NCBI GenBank assembly: GCA_044229845.1
Contig: JBGASG010000012.1
Coordinates: 32,001-96,000 of the forward strand
Source of the DNA: Candidatus Obscuribacteraceae bacterium
GTDB taxonomy: Bacteria > Cyanobacteriota > Vampirovibrionia > Obscuribacterales > Obscuribacteraceae
Direction of reading: 5' to 3'
Length of the DNA: 64,000 nucleotides
Below the pieces are notes generated by a model. The model did no database searches. It was not told where the DNA came from and saw only the letters and a list, made by a program, of their open reading frames with translations. Positions 19,893 to 28,954 of this stretch are shown in pieces. How positions within the stretch are numbered: position 1 is the stretch's first letter; every line of letters starts with the position of its first letter. Position numbers and translations under genes: made by a program.

Positions 19893-21416
19893 TCACTTCG
19901 CGATCTCCCCCTTGTGTTGGCGGATCTCGACGTTGGGGCTGTCGGCGGGGTCGCGCCCGTAGACAGCTTTCAGCTCGGTCATCTGCTCGTTGGTGCACTC
20001 GACGATGAACACCGCCGCCCACGGAGCGCGGAACTGCGTCGAAACCGACACCAGCTCCATCCCGTAGACCTCGGTCGCGTCATGCACGAACTGACCAGAC
20101 TGCTTGGTGAGCGAAGCCTTGGACTTCGCGTGCAGGATGACATCGAACGCGATCAGGTTGCCGTTGGTCTGTGCACCCTGGGCAGCGCGATTGATGCGCC
20201 GCTGGATGGCCTGACCTTCGACCCGATCCTCGTCCTCGTCCTCCACCTCAGCCGCCAGTCCACGGTTTGCACCGCGGGGGTCAGCAGCGTCGGCGTCGTC
20301 GCCGGTTCCGCCCGCCACCTTCTCGCCTTCGGCGATGAAGAAGGACAGAGCGTCGCCTTCGACGTGCTGCACGATCACCTTGGCGCATCCCGGAATCGCA
20401 CCAGTCTTCAGCGCCTTGCCGAGCGGGTCGGACAGGTGCATCTGGATGGCACGACGGAGGTTGCTGACGTCGCCGCTGTTGGCGAGCGCCTTGCCGAGGA
20501 TGAACTCCTTCGCGGAAGCCTCGAGTTCGATACCGAAGTACTTGCCCTTCGGCAGCTTGTCGATGCGCTCCACGACGAAGCGGTCCAGCTCCACATCGAG
20601 GATCGAGCGGATCTGGTCTTCGGTCAGCGACCCGAAGATGATGGTGTCGTCGAGGCGGTTCAGCCACTGGGGCTCATACCGCTCCTTGAGCGCCTCATCC
20701 ACCGAGTCCTTGATCTCGTCGACCGTCACCGGCTCGTCACGCTTGTCGGCGCCGGCGTGGAAGCCGATCTTGTGACGCTTCTTCTGCTCGGCCTGCTTCA
20801 TGCCCAGGTTGGTGGTCATGAACAGGATGACGTTGCGGAAGTCGGCGACCTCGTTGTTGCCCATGTCCAGCTCGCCCTTGTCCATGATGGACAGGATGAG
20901 GTTGTCCAGGCTCCGGTGCAGTTCGTCCACCTCGTCGAGGAGGGCGACCGTTACCGGAATCTTGGTGCCGCGATGGGCGATGATGTTGGCGTTGTTGAGC
21001 TTCGCAGCGGTGCTCTTGCCCGGCTTCTTCGCTTCCGCGGGGTCGTCCCAGCCGTAGTAGCCGGTCGGAGAACCGATGAAACGAGAAGCGTGATGCCGCT
21101 CTTTGTAGTTCGAGCAGTTGATCTTCAGGAGTTCCGCACCGACGATCTCCGCCACCAGTTCGGCGAGACGGGTCTTACCGGTACGGCTCTTGCCGACGAG
21201 CAGCACGCACGCGATCGGGCGCGTCATGTCACGAAGCGGGTTCGTGGCACGGGCGACGATCTCGAGCGCCACGCGCCGAGCTTCCTTCTGACCGACGAAG
21301 CGGGTATCGAGGACGATAGCCGCGTTGTCTTCTGCCGGAGTCGTTCCCGTCACACTGATCGGGACCAACTTCCTTTCCAGGCCCTTATCGGGCTTCTTGA
21401 TTCGTTTGGTAGTCAT
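19893..21416 (-). CDS. ClpA/ClpB-like AAA+ ATPase with only the second (D2-type) module and a C-terminal extension
   Basis: Walker A GKSRTGKT, SRFIGSPTGYYG, Walker B LLDEVD, ADFRNVILFMTTNLG, PQWLNRLD; start re-placed at ATG 21416. Confidence 0.85.
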   Translation of the reverse strand: MTTKRIKKPDKGLERKLVPISVTGTTPAEDNAAIVLDTRFVGQKEARRVALEIVARATNPLRDMTRPIACVLLVGKSRTGKTRLAELVAEIVGAELLKINCSNYKERHHASRFIGSPTGYYGWDDPAEAKKPGKSTAAKLNNANIIAHRGTKIPVTVALLDEVDELHRSLDNLILSIMDKGELDMGNNEVADFRNVILFMTTNLGMKQAEQKKRHKIGFHAGADKRDEPVTVDEIKDSVDEALKERYEPQWLNRLDDTIIFGSLTEDQIRSILDVELDRFVVERIDKLPKGKYFGIELEASAKEFILGKALANSGDVSNLRRAIQMHLSDPLGKALKTGAIPGCAKVIVQHVEGDALSFFIAEGEKVAGGTGDDADAADPRGANRGLAAEVEDEDEDRVEGQAIQRRINRAAQGAQTNGNLIAFDVILHAKSKASLTKQSGQFVHDATEVYGMELVSVSTQFRAPWAAVFIVECTNEQMTELKAVYGRDPADSPNVEIRQHKGEIAK

Positions 21417-21657
21417 GACTGTAACCTTCCTTCTGCGCATTAGCGCGCTGATAGATGACTACAGCGGCGCGTGAGCGTCGCTGCAGATGTCGTGCCGTGG
21501 TGGCGGCAGACGTGATTTGCACGGTTTGTTCCGCCACCAGCGGAACGTCTTCTGGCACGGCGACTACTGATCGCCATGTGTTGCTATGCGCGTCGTTTTT
21601 GACACGACACGTCGCAGCCGCTTGCTAGCCGGCTGCTCTTCAGTTTGTAACCGCGTG

Positions 21658-22347
21658 CTAGGCGGCTACTGTTTCGTGTTCAGCTCGCGCGGCGATCAGC
21701 ATGTCGAGGTACGACTGCTTCACGTCTTCGCGAGCCTCGCCGAAGATCTTCTCTGCCACTTCGTATATGGCAGACTTGGCTGCTTTCAGATTGGATTCCC
21801 TGTCAGCGTGCGGAACCATGATCTCGATCTCGACGTAATGTCCTGAGAAACGTCCCAGCCCGACCACCTGGTCGATGCCGACGACTACCTCGCCCGGACC
21901 ATACGCGCCGCGATAGAGCGAGCGTTCCTTGCTGAAACCGAGGAGTGGTCCACCCTGGACCAACCTGCCGAGAACGATGAGCAACGAGGCAATCAGCGGA
22001 CGCGTGGGATGCTCCGCTTCTTGTCGCTCCTTGCCACCATCCGGAGTGGCGACCCATGTCTTGTAGGTGAGCAGCACGTCCTTGTGACCATTCAAGGTCT
22101 CGCGACGAACGCGCATCATCTCGCCTTTGACAGGACTGGGCAGAAACGTGTCCGCCAGAGTCGCATCACCGAAGTGCTCGAACAGGAGTGCGCTCAAACG
22201 CGTCCTGATGGCGGCGACTTCGGCTTCTGCGATGCGGAACTTGCGTTCGACCTCAAGGTGAGTATCCTCGGGCGCGAACCGCATCAGAGATTGGAAGAAA
22301 CCGCGCAATGCCTTTTGCATCAGGTTGCGCGCGAGCTGGGTGAACAT
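21658..22347 (-). CDS. CYTH domain protein (class IV adenylate cyclase-like)
   Basis: EVERKF, LTYK, KER and YVEIE motifs. Confidence 0.85.
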   Translation of the reverse strand: MFTQLARNLMQKALRGFFQSLMRFAPEDTHLEVERKFRIAEAEVAAIRTRLSALLFEHFGDATLADTFLPSPVKGEMMRVRRETLNGHKDVLLTYKTWVATPDGGKERQEAEHPTRPLIASLLIVLGRLVQGGPLLGFSKERSLYRGAYGPGEVVVGIDQVVGLGRFSGHYVEIEIMVPHADRESNLKAAKSAIYEVAEKIFGEAREDVKQSYLDMLIAARAEHETVAA

Positions 22348-23194
22348 GCTTTTTGTTCTCCTTCAGGAAACAGGAGCACCCAAGTATGCCCCATACGAAA
22401 ACGAACCGTTCGAGACAGTCAAAAGCGCCTGCACATTTCTCCCAACTTGCGATACCGCATGACAACTAGCCGTGGAGAAACGTTGGTTTCTACAGCCTGA
22501 GGTCAAACAGGTGCGCGGAAGCGGAAGAACGGATAGGGTGAACGGTTGGTGTTCTGGTGGCTTGGGATTCCTAACGAAGCTTGATGAAAAGCTAAAGACA
22601 ATATGAACCTACCTTTTACGTCTCTTGAAAAGCCAGATCCAGATCGTGCCCGTGCCTGACATCGCGAATTCTGTCTTTTCAGCTCATTCCAGGTGCTTCT
22701 CACATAGTCGATCTTGCGCAAGCTCATTGAAACCCGCATGGAATGAGGGGATTTTTGGGGCGTCGCAGAGAGACATCGACACTAGTCGAAGAACCAGTGC
22801 CCATCAAACATTCGGCTCGCTGACGGAAATGACCAATGGCGGGGTTAGCGCAGGCCTTTATTTCGCGAGTTTCTATTTGTTATGAAAGAGGCACCTTTTC
22901 TTGACCCACCCAAAAAAACAAGTCGTTCCTCCGAACAACAATTCTCTCTTAGTCTGTCTGCGGCTTTGAACCTGCAACTGCGCACAATGACGTGTGTGGA
23001 TGTGGACCATCTCTCTAACAGGACGTAGCTAAGCTGCGCTCTCTGTGGCCTCAGGCAATCGATAAACCAACTTGAGCTGGCGTCTCGCACATATCACCAG
23101 CTCACACTTGGCGGCAGTGCATCTCAGCAGGGCTTTCTGACTGCTGTGACACACACATTGCTGCCTCAACTCTCGCCAGAGAAGGCGTCGTGTC

Positions 23195-24016
23195 ATGACC
23201 AAATATCTGAACTTACGCCGCATTGCGGCGCGAGTTAGACTGCAGATCCGTCAGTGGCGTGCGGCTTTTGACGCTTACGCGCAGAAATGCGTGACGAGCG
23301 GCTTCATCCCGTACACCTTCTGGCCGGTCCAGCTTCTCGCAAGATTCTTGGCGAATCTTATCGTCTTCATCCAGTTGGGTCGCCTGCGCATCATCGGCGC
23401 GGAAAACCTGCGACTGCCCGGAAGATTCATCTTCTGCCCCAACCACAGCTCCATGTTCGACGCTGTCATCATGTACGCCATCATGCGGCGTAACGATGGC
23501 CCGCGTTACATGACCGCACTCGAAGAGATGCGCGGTCTCTGGGGCTTGAAGGCAATCGCGATGGGAGCCATGGGTTGCTTCCCGGTTGATCGTTCCAAGG
23601 GAAAGAGTGTCATCGAGCCGGCCATCAACATGGTGGTCAATGGTGGCTCGCTGGTCATCTTCCCCGAAGGCAAGATCAGCCCCACTGGAGAATGCCTGCC
23701 CTTCAAAATGGGCCCCGCAATCATCGGCCTCACGGCGATGGAGCGTCTCGGCGGTCTCGGCGGCACCGAAAGGGTTGCCATCGTGCCCATCAACCTCCAT
23801 TACCACAAGCGCGATGTTGCCACTGCCACTAAGTTCTTCACCGAGTGCGGTTTGAAGTGGCGTGGGGGCGTGACGGTCACCGTCGGTGAACCGATCTACC
23901 TCAACGACCTCAACACCACACATCCCGAAGACGTGATGGCGGTTGCGCACCGTTTCGTTTGCCGTGCCCAGGCCCGTGCCAACGCGATGGGGTGCCCGTG
24001 TGATGGGAATCGATAA
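23195..24016 (+). CDS. Lysophospholipid acyltransferase (PlsC family)
   Basis: NHSSMFD, FPVDR and IFPEG motifs. Confidence 0.92.
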   Translation: MTKYLNLRRIAARVRLQIRQWRAAFDAYAQKCVTSGFIPYTFWPVQLLARFLANLIVFIQLGRLRIIGAENLRLPGRFIFCPNHSSMFDAVIMYAIMRRNDGPRYMTALEEMRGLWGLKAIAMGAMGCFPVDRSKGKSVIEPAINMVVNGGSLVIFPEGKISPTGECLPFKMGPAIIGLTAMERLGGLGGTERVAIVPINLHYHKRDVATATKFFTECGLKWRGGVTVTVGEPIYLNDLNTTHPEDVMAVAHRFVCRAQARANAMGCPCDGNR

Positions 24017-24248
24017 CCTTCGCCAGACTACGCGAAGCATCTGCTCCGTGCAGTGTTCTCGCATCCACCTGGAGAATCAGCCGTTCCTCGAATCCTCGAG
24101 GATTCTGCGTCTCCTCAACCGCAGGACTACACATCCTGTGCAATGCAGGACTTTGCTTTCCGCTCAGCTCAGGACCTTGAGTCCGGTGCTCCGCAGAAAA
24201 CGTCGCCCTGTTAACTATGGGACTGAGTGTCCCGGTCCGCCACCAATA

Positions 24249-24378
24249 CGACAGGGTAGGGGTATGGATTCACACTGGCGGCCTGGTAGCGGGTGGTGTT
24301 CATGAGTGCAGCAATGCTGTATCCATGGGCGCCCCCGCTACTGGCCGCTGTTGTGAGGACGTGCTCTTACCCCGTCGG
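24249..24378 (+). other. Long imperfect hairpin (~130 nt), candidate structured RNA
   Basis: Nested arms GGTAGGGGTAT/GTGCTCTTACC, TCACA/TGTGA, TGGCGGCC/GGCCGCTG, GGTAGCGGG/CCCGCTACT, GTGTTCATG/CATGGGCGC, TGCAGC/GCTGTA. Confidence 0.6.
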
Positions 24379-24452
24379 TGGACCTTCCCCCCGACTCACC
24401 CCCCCACCCCAATTTTTAAAAACCTGTTCTACTATTTTTTTTAGTATTCTAT

Positions 24453-24554
24453 TGCGTCAGTTCTGACGCAGAAGGAGCCAATTTTGCTTGCCAACCCACG
24501 TACGCAGGCAAACTGACAAGCAAAATCGACGCTGGCTGCATCAAAACTGACGCA
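24453..24554. repeat. Nested inverted repeats (TGCGTCAGTTCTGACGCA and a 16/18 inverted copy; ATTTTGCTTG/CAAGCAAAAT)
   Basis: 24453-24470 vs 24537-24554; 24481-24490 vs 24517-24526. Confidence 0.75.
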
Positions 24555-24594
24555 ACCAGCTTTCGCTTTCGCGTTCGCGGTTCGACTCCCCCGG

Positions 24595-25719
24595 TTAGCC
24601 GGAGTTGGCGTTTTTCGCGCGTCGGCGATTGTCCATCGCGACTCGTTTCCAACGCTTGCGCTCCTCTACCGCCAGCCGCTGATCGGTTTTGCGCTGGTTG
24701 TATGCTAGCTCGCGACTCAGTTGCCGGTACGTCTCGAAGTCGCTCTCGCTGAGCGCCCCACTTTGCAGCGCCTCCAGCACGGCGCATCCGGGTTCGCTGG
24801 TGTGGATGCAGTCGATGAAACGACAAGACTCCGCTAGCTCCGAAACAGTTGGCATCAGCGAGTCCAGCGTTTCCTCATCGCAGATCAGTCCGACCTGGCG
24901 CAGCCCGGCCGTGTCGATGATCATGCCTCCGCCATCCGGCACGAAGAACAGTTCGCTCCCCGATGTCGTATGGCGACCGCGTTGATCGACCCCCCGAATG
25001 TCGCCGGTTTTCTGCACATCGGCATCAAGCAGCGCGTTCACGAGAGTCGATTTGCCGACTCCGGACGACCCCAGAAAGACAGCTGTCTTTCCCGCCGGCA
25101 GCATGCTGCGAATCTCGCCCAGTCCCCGACCGGACACAGTGCTGGCGAAGATGCGACGCACTTCTGGAAAAGTCGCCTCGACATCATTCAGCGCCGCGCT
25201 CAACTCGGCATAGTCGTCGCTGTCCACATCGCACGCGTCGAACAGGTCCATCTTCGAAAAGACGAACACCAACTCGACTCCGCCCTGCATCGCCAGCAAA
25301 ACATAACGGCGCAGCCGGTTGACGTTGAGATCGCGGTTGACTGAAGTGACCACGAACATCACGTCAACGTTGGCGGCCAACGTCTGGTGATCGCTGGTTA
25401 ATCCGGCTGCTGCGCGCGTTATGAAAGTGCGGCGAGGGAGCACAGTTTCGATGACAGCAGCAGCTTCGTTGCTTTCGTCCACGAAACGCTCACCCATCAC
25501 ACACCAATCGCCGACAACGACGTCTAGCGGCGCCTCCGAGTAACCATGCCGCAGCCGGGCAGGCAGGTACAGATTGACCCGCTCGCCGCCCACAGCCGTC
25601 AGCGCCGGTGCAGTTTGCCTGTGTCGCGCCACGACTCTGCATAAGTTTTTCAATTCGTACTGTTGTTGATCCAGAGCTGATGCCCATTCCGAGGGCCAGC
25701 CCAAAGCAAAATGATCCAC
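24595..25719 (-). CDS. rsgA: Ribosome small subunit-dependent GTPase A (RsgA family, probably a second paralog)
   Basis: Circularly permuted GTPase: SKMD, GSSGVGKST, GRHTT, DTAG; Zn motif CRFIDCIHTSEPGC; SD AAGGAG. Confidence 0.92.
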   Translation of the reverse strand: MDHFALGWPSEWASALDQQQYELKNLCRVVARHRQTAPALTAVGGERVNLYLPARLRHGYSEAPLDVVVGDWCVMGERFVDESNEAAAVIETVLPRRTFITRAAAGLTSDHQTLAANVDVMFVVTSVNRDLNVNRLRRYVLLAMQGGVELVFVFSKMDLFDACDVDSDDYAELSAALNDVEATFPEVRRIFASTVSGRGLGEIRSMLPAGKTAVFLGSSGVGKSTLVNALLDADVQKTGDIRGVDQRGRHTTSGSELFFVPDGGGMIIDTAGLRQVGLICDEETLDSLMPTVSELAESCRFIDCIHTSEPGCAVLEALQSGALSESDFETYRQLSRELAYNQRKTDQRLAVEERKRWKRVAMDNRRRAKNANSG

Positions 25720-25797
25720 TCTGACACTCCTTCAAGTGACATCGCTTTCAAATATTTAGCGTTAAAGAGTGGTCGACGAGGAAGCCGCGCTCAAGCG

Positions 25798-25848
25798 TCA
25801 GCTGCGGGTGCGCACGAAGACCACTGCCATTACTTTTTCATTTTTCAT
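25798..25848 (-). CDS. Putative leader peptide MKNEKVMAVVFVRTRS upstream of rsgA
   Basis: Perfect SD AAGGAGG 5 nt before ATG; 16 codons plus TGA; too short for the ORF track. Confidence 0.7.
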   Translation of the reverse strand: MKNEKVMAVVFVRTRS

Positions 25849-25907
25849 GGTGGCCTCCTTCCATTAATGCGGCACATTCTCTGCGCCGCGATTTGTCGTA
25901 AGCGAGC

Positions 25908-25939
25908 ATTGTAACCCATTTTGCAATTGCTGCTATACT
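25908..25939. promoter_or_regulatory. Overlapping divergent sigma70-type -10 elements
   Basis: Plus strand extended -10 TGcTATACT (25931-25939); minus strand TACAAT (25913-25908). Confidence 0.5.
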
Positions 25940-25989
25940 CGTTCTGCTGTGCGCAGCAAAAAAAGTTTGCACCATAAGGATTTTCATTA

Positions 25990-26013
25990 ATGATCGACAT
26001 GACACAAGGCTAA
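25990..26013 (+). CDS. Putative leader peptide MIDMTQG upstream of ABC-F
   Basis: AAGGA 9 nt upstream of ATG; followed by alternative hairpins overlapping the ABC-F SD. Confidence 0.55.
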   Translation: MIDMTQG

Positions 26014-26068
26014 ATCGGCTCAGGCATTAACTCCTGAGCGTTTCTCTTCCTGCTCATGGAGGTAGCTT

Positions 26069-27718
26069 ATGCTGCGTGTCATAGATCTGCGTAAAGACTA
26101 CGGCGATCGAATATTGTTCGAGGGCGCCGCTTTCAGCGTTTCCCCCGGCGAAAAAATCGGTATCGTCGGTCCCAACGGCTGCGGAAAAACAACGCTCCTG
26201 AAAATGATCCAGAACGCCGCAACAATCGATGGCGGCGTCGTTTCGTTCGTCGGCAATCCTAGCGTTGCGTTTCTTCCACAACACATACTCGACTTCGGCG
26301 GCGAAACCACTGTCGGCGACCTGCTGTCCCCGGCGTTCGTCCGAGCATCGGCTCAGTTGTCTTTGATCGAGAAGAAACTGCAACACGACGCCGCCGACGA
26401 AGTCGCCATGGCGGCTTACAATCGCGCGTACGAGACATTCGAAGCCGCCGGCGGATACGCATTCGCGGGCAAACTCGATGCTTTGATGCGCGACCTGGGC
26501 TTGTCCGCGGCGATTGACCTGTCGCGAAACCTGGCCACTTTGAGCGGCGGACAACTGACGAAACTGGCGCTTGCCCGCGTTCTGCTTCAAGACGCGGACC
26601 TCCTGCTGCTGGATGAACCGACCAACAACCTGGACTTAGCTTCACTGCAGTGGCTGGAAAAATCGCTTGCGGCCTGCCCTTCGGCGTGCCTGATCGTTTC
26701 CCACGACCGACACTTCCTCGATCAGATCACCACACGCACACTGGTTATCGACCCGCAAACCGCGACTGTGGCTGATTACGGCGGCAACTACTCCTTTTAC
26801 AGGATGCGGCGGCAACAAGACGTCGAACGCCAGTGGCGCGAATTCGAAGTGCAGCAGCGCAAGATTCGTCGCCTCACCGAGGATGTGCGCGCGGTCAAAC
26901 AACAAGCTGAGGCTACCGAAAACACGACCGTCAACGACTACTTGCGCGGGCGTTCGAAGAAAGTCGCGGCTAAAGCGAAGGCACGAGAGAATCGTCTCAA
27001 TCGCATCATCGAACAGGAGAAGATCGAGAAGCCACGCGACCCCGAACAAATGCACATGCGGTTGCGTTTGCACGGGCGCCGACAATATGATTCGCCGCTG
27101 CTCGTGGCGCGGGACATCGATTTCACATACGAGCAGCCCATTTTGACTAAAGCCAGTTTCGAAATCGTGGGATCGGCGCGCATACTGCTTTCCGGCGACA
27201 ACGGTTGCGGCAAATCCACGCTCCTCAAAATAATCACGGGCGAGCTCGCACCAGCGTCCGGTTTCCTGACCCGCAAGCCGACTGCCAAAATCTGCTACCT
27301 GCCGCAACAACAAGAAACACTAGACGCCGGCGACGGCACGCAGAACGCGCTGGAGTTTCTGCGCGCCCAAGCCGGCACCCGCAAATGGGCATCCGACGCC
27401 GAGCTGCGCACGTTTCTTCACCGGTTTCAGTTCGGCGGCGAGCAGGTGTTTGAGCCAGTGAGAAACCTCAGTCGCGGCGAACGCACCAAACTAATGCTGG
27501 CAGCATTCATGGCCCTGGAGCCCGATTTACTGATCATGGATGAACCGACAAACCACCTCGACCTGTCCACTGCAGAATTGCTGGAGGAGGCACTGGATCA
27601 GTTTCAGGGCGCTCTGCTGGTCGTCAGTCACGATCGCTATTTCATCGAGAGAATTGCGCCGCACTACATATGGTGCCTGGCGCAAGCACAGCTGGTGCCC
27701 ACAGTCACATGGAGGTAA
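26069..27718 (+). CDS. ABC-F family ATPase (ribosome-associated, possibly ribosome-protection type)
   Basis: Two ABC domains (GPNGCGKT/LSGGQ/DEPTN; GDNGCGKST/LSRGE/DEPTN), long charged linker, no TM segments. Confidence 0.93.
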   Translation: MLRVIDLRKDYGDRILFEGAAFSVSPGEKIGIVGPNGCGKTTLLKMIQNAATIDGGVVSFVGNPSVAFLPQHILDFGGETTVGDLLSPAFVRASAQLSLIEKKLQHDAADEVAMAAYNRAYETFEAAGGYAFAGKLDALMRDLGLSAAIDLSRNLATLSGGQLTKLALARVLLQDADLLLLDEPTNNLDLASLQWLEKSLAACPSACLIVSHDRHFLDQITTRTLVIDPQTATVADYGGNYSFYRMRRQQDVERQWREFEVQQRKIRRLTEDVRAVKQQAEATENTTVNDYLRGRSKKVAAKAKARENRLNRIIEQEKIEKPRDPEQMHMRLRLHGRRQYDSPLLVARDIDFTYEQPILTKASFEIVGSARILLSGDNGCGKSTLLKIITGELAPASGFLTRKPTAKICYLPQQQETLDAGDGTQNALEFLRAQAGTRKWASDAELRTFLHRFQFGGEQVFEPVRNLSRGERTKLMLAAFMALEPDLLIMDEPTNHLDLSTAELLEEALDQFQGALLVVSHDRYFIERIAPHYIWCLAQAQLVPTVTWR

Positions 27719-27835
27719 CCAGGTAACCGTCTGCAGAAAACCGCGCGATCACATTCAGTACGAATTCGACAAATCTTTTGGATAGCTCGCTAAAGTAGTG
27801 AGTTCAATTCGAACGCGCAATCAGCGGGGTGAACC

Positions 27836-28864
27836 ATGGAATACAGACAGTTTGGCAATTCGGGATTGAAAGTGCCGGTGCTCAGTTTCGGCGCCGGAAC
27901 GTTCGGCGGCGGCAACGATTTTTTCAAAGCCTGGGGCGCCACAGATGATGTCAACGCAGCCAAGCGCATGGTGGACATTTGTCTTGATGCCGGCATCAAC
28001 TTCTTCGATACTGCCGACATCTATTCCATCGGCACATCCGAAGAAATCCTCGGCAAAGCCATCGGCAAACGCCGCGACAAGTGCCTGATTTCGACGAAAG
28101 CCACCTTCAAGATGAGCGATGATCCCAACGACATCGGCTCCTCGCGTTTCCACCTTATCAAGTCCTGCGATGCCAGCTTGAAGCGCCTGGGCACTGACTA
28201 CATCGACGTTTATTTCATGCACGGCTTCGACGCCCTGACGCCCGTTGACGAAGTGGTCAGCACACTCGACGGACTGGTCAAATCGGGCAAGGTGCGCTAC
28301 ATCGGCTGCTCCAACTTCTCAGGTTGGCACCTGATGAAGTCGCTGGATGTCGCCGAGCGCTACGGCTGGTCGCGTTATGTGTCGCATCAGGCGTACTACT
28401 CTTTGATAGGCAGAGAATACGAGTGGGAGTTGATGCCGCTGGCACTTGATCAGAAAGTCGCCACCATGGTCTGGAGCCCGCTTGGCTGGGGTCGCCTGAC
28501 CGGTAAAATCCGCCGCGGACAGCCGCTGCCCAAAGACAGCCGCCTGCACGGCACCGCCGACTACGGCCCGCCCGTCGACGACGAGTACCTGTACCGCGTT
28601 GTAGACGCTCTCGACGAAATCGCCAAGGAAACCGGCAAGTCGGTGGCGCAAATTTCGCTCAACTGGCTTCTGCAGCGCCCGACCGTGGCTAACATCATTG
28701 TCGGAGCAAGAAACGAAGAACAGCTGAAACAGAACCTGGGCGCCATCGGTTGGAATCTGAGCGCAGAGCAAATCGCCAAACTGGACGAAGCCAGCGCCAT
28801 AACGCCGGCTTATCCTTACTGGCACCAGCACCAGTTCAAAGAGCGCAATCCGTTGCCGGTTTGA
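27836..28864 (+). CDS. Aldo/keto reductase
   Basis: GINFFDTADIY, SLKRLGTDYID, GKVRYIGCSN and WSPL motifs. Confidence 0.95.
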   Translation: MEYRQFGNSGLKVPVLSFGAGTFGGGNDFFKAWGATDDVNAAKRMVDICLDAGINFFDTADIYSIGTSEEILGKAIGKRRDKCLISTKATFKMSDDPNDIGSSRFHLIKSCDASLKRLGTDYIDVYFMHGFDALTPVDEVVSTLDGLVKSGKVRYIGCSNFSGWHLMKSLDVAERYGWSRYVSHQAYYSLIGREYEWELMPLALDQKVATMVWSPLGWGRLTGKIRRGQPLPKDSRLHGTADYGPPVDDEYLYRVVDALDEIAKETGKSVAQISLNWLLQRPTVANIIVGARNEEQLKQNLGAIGWNLSAEQIAKLDEASAITPAYPYWHQHQFKERNPLPV

Positions 28865-28954
28865 TGAAGAAACGGCAGAGTCCTGCCTCTGCCTGACAGC
28901 GCAACCGGTGCTAAGCGGATAGAATGAGACCTCTACAAAAGGAGAGGTCGATCA

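Noticed and set aside
19818..21443. 541-aa plus-strand ORF
   Set aside because: Antisense shadow of the Clp-like ATPase, caused by high GC3
15100..21640. Intergenic hairpins as integron attC sites
   Set aside because: No RYYYAAC...GTTRRRY boxes were seen, and the recombinase in the window lacks IntI features
24575..24600. tRNA T-loop-like GGTTCGACTCC
   Set aside because: No 5-bp T stem, acceptor stem or anticodon arm can be built
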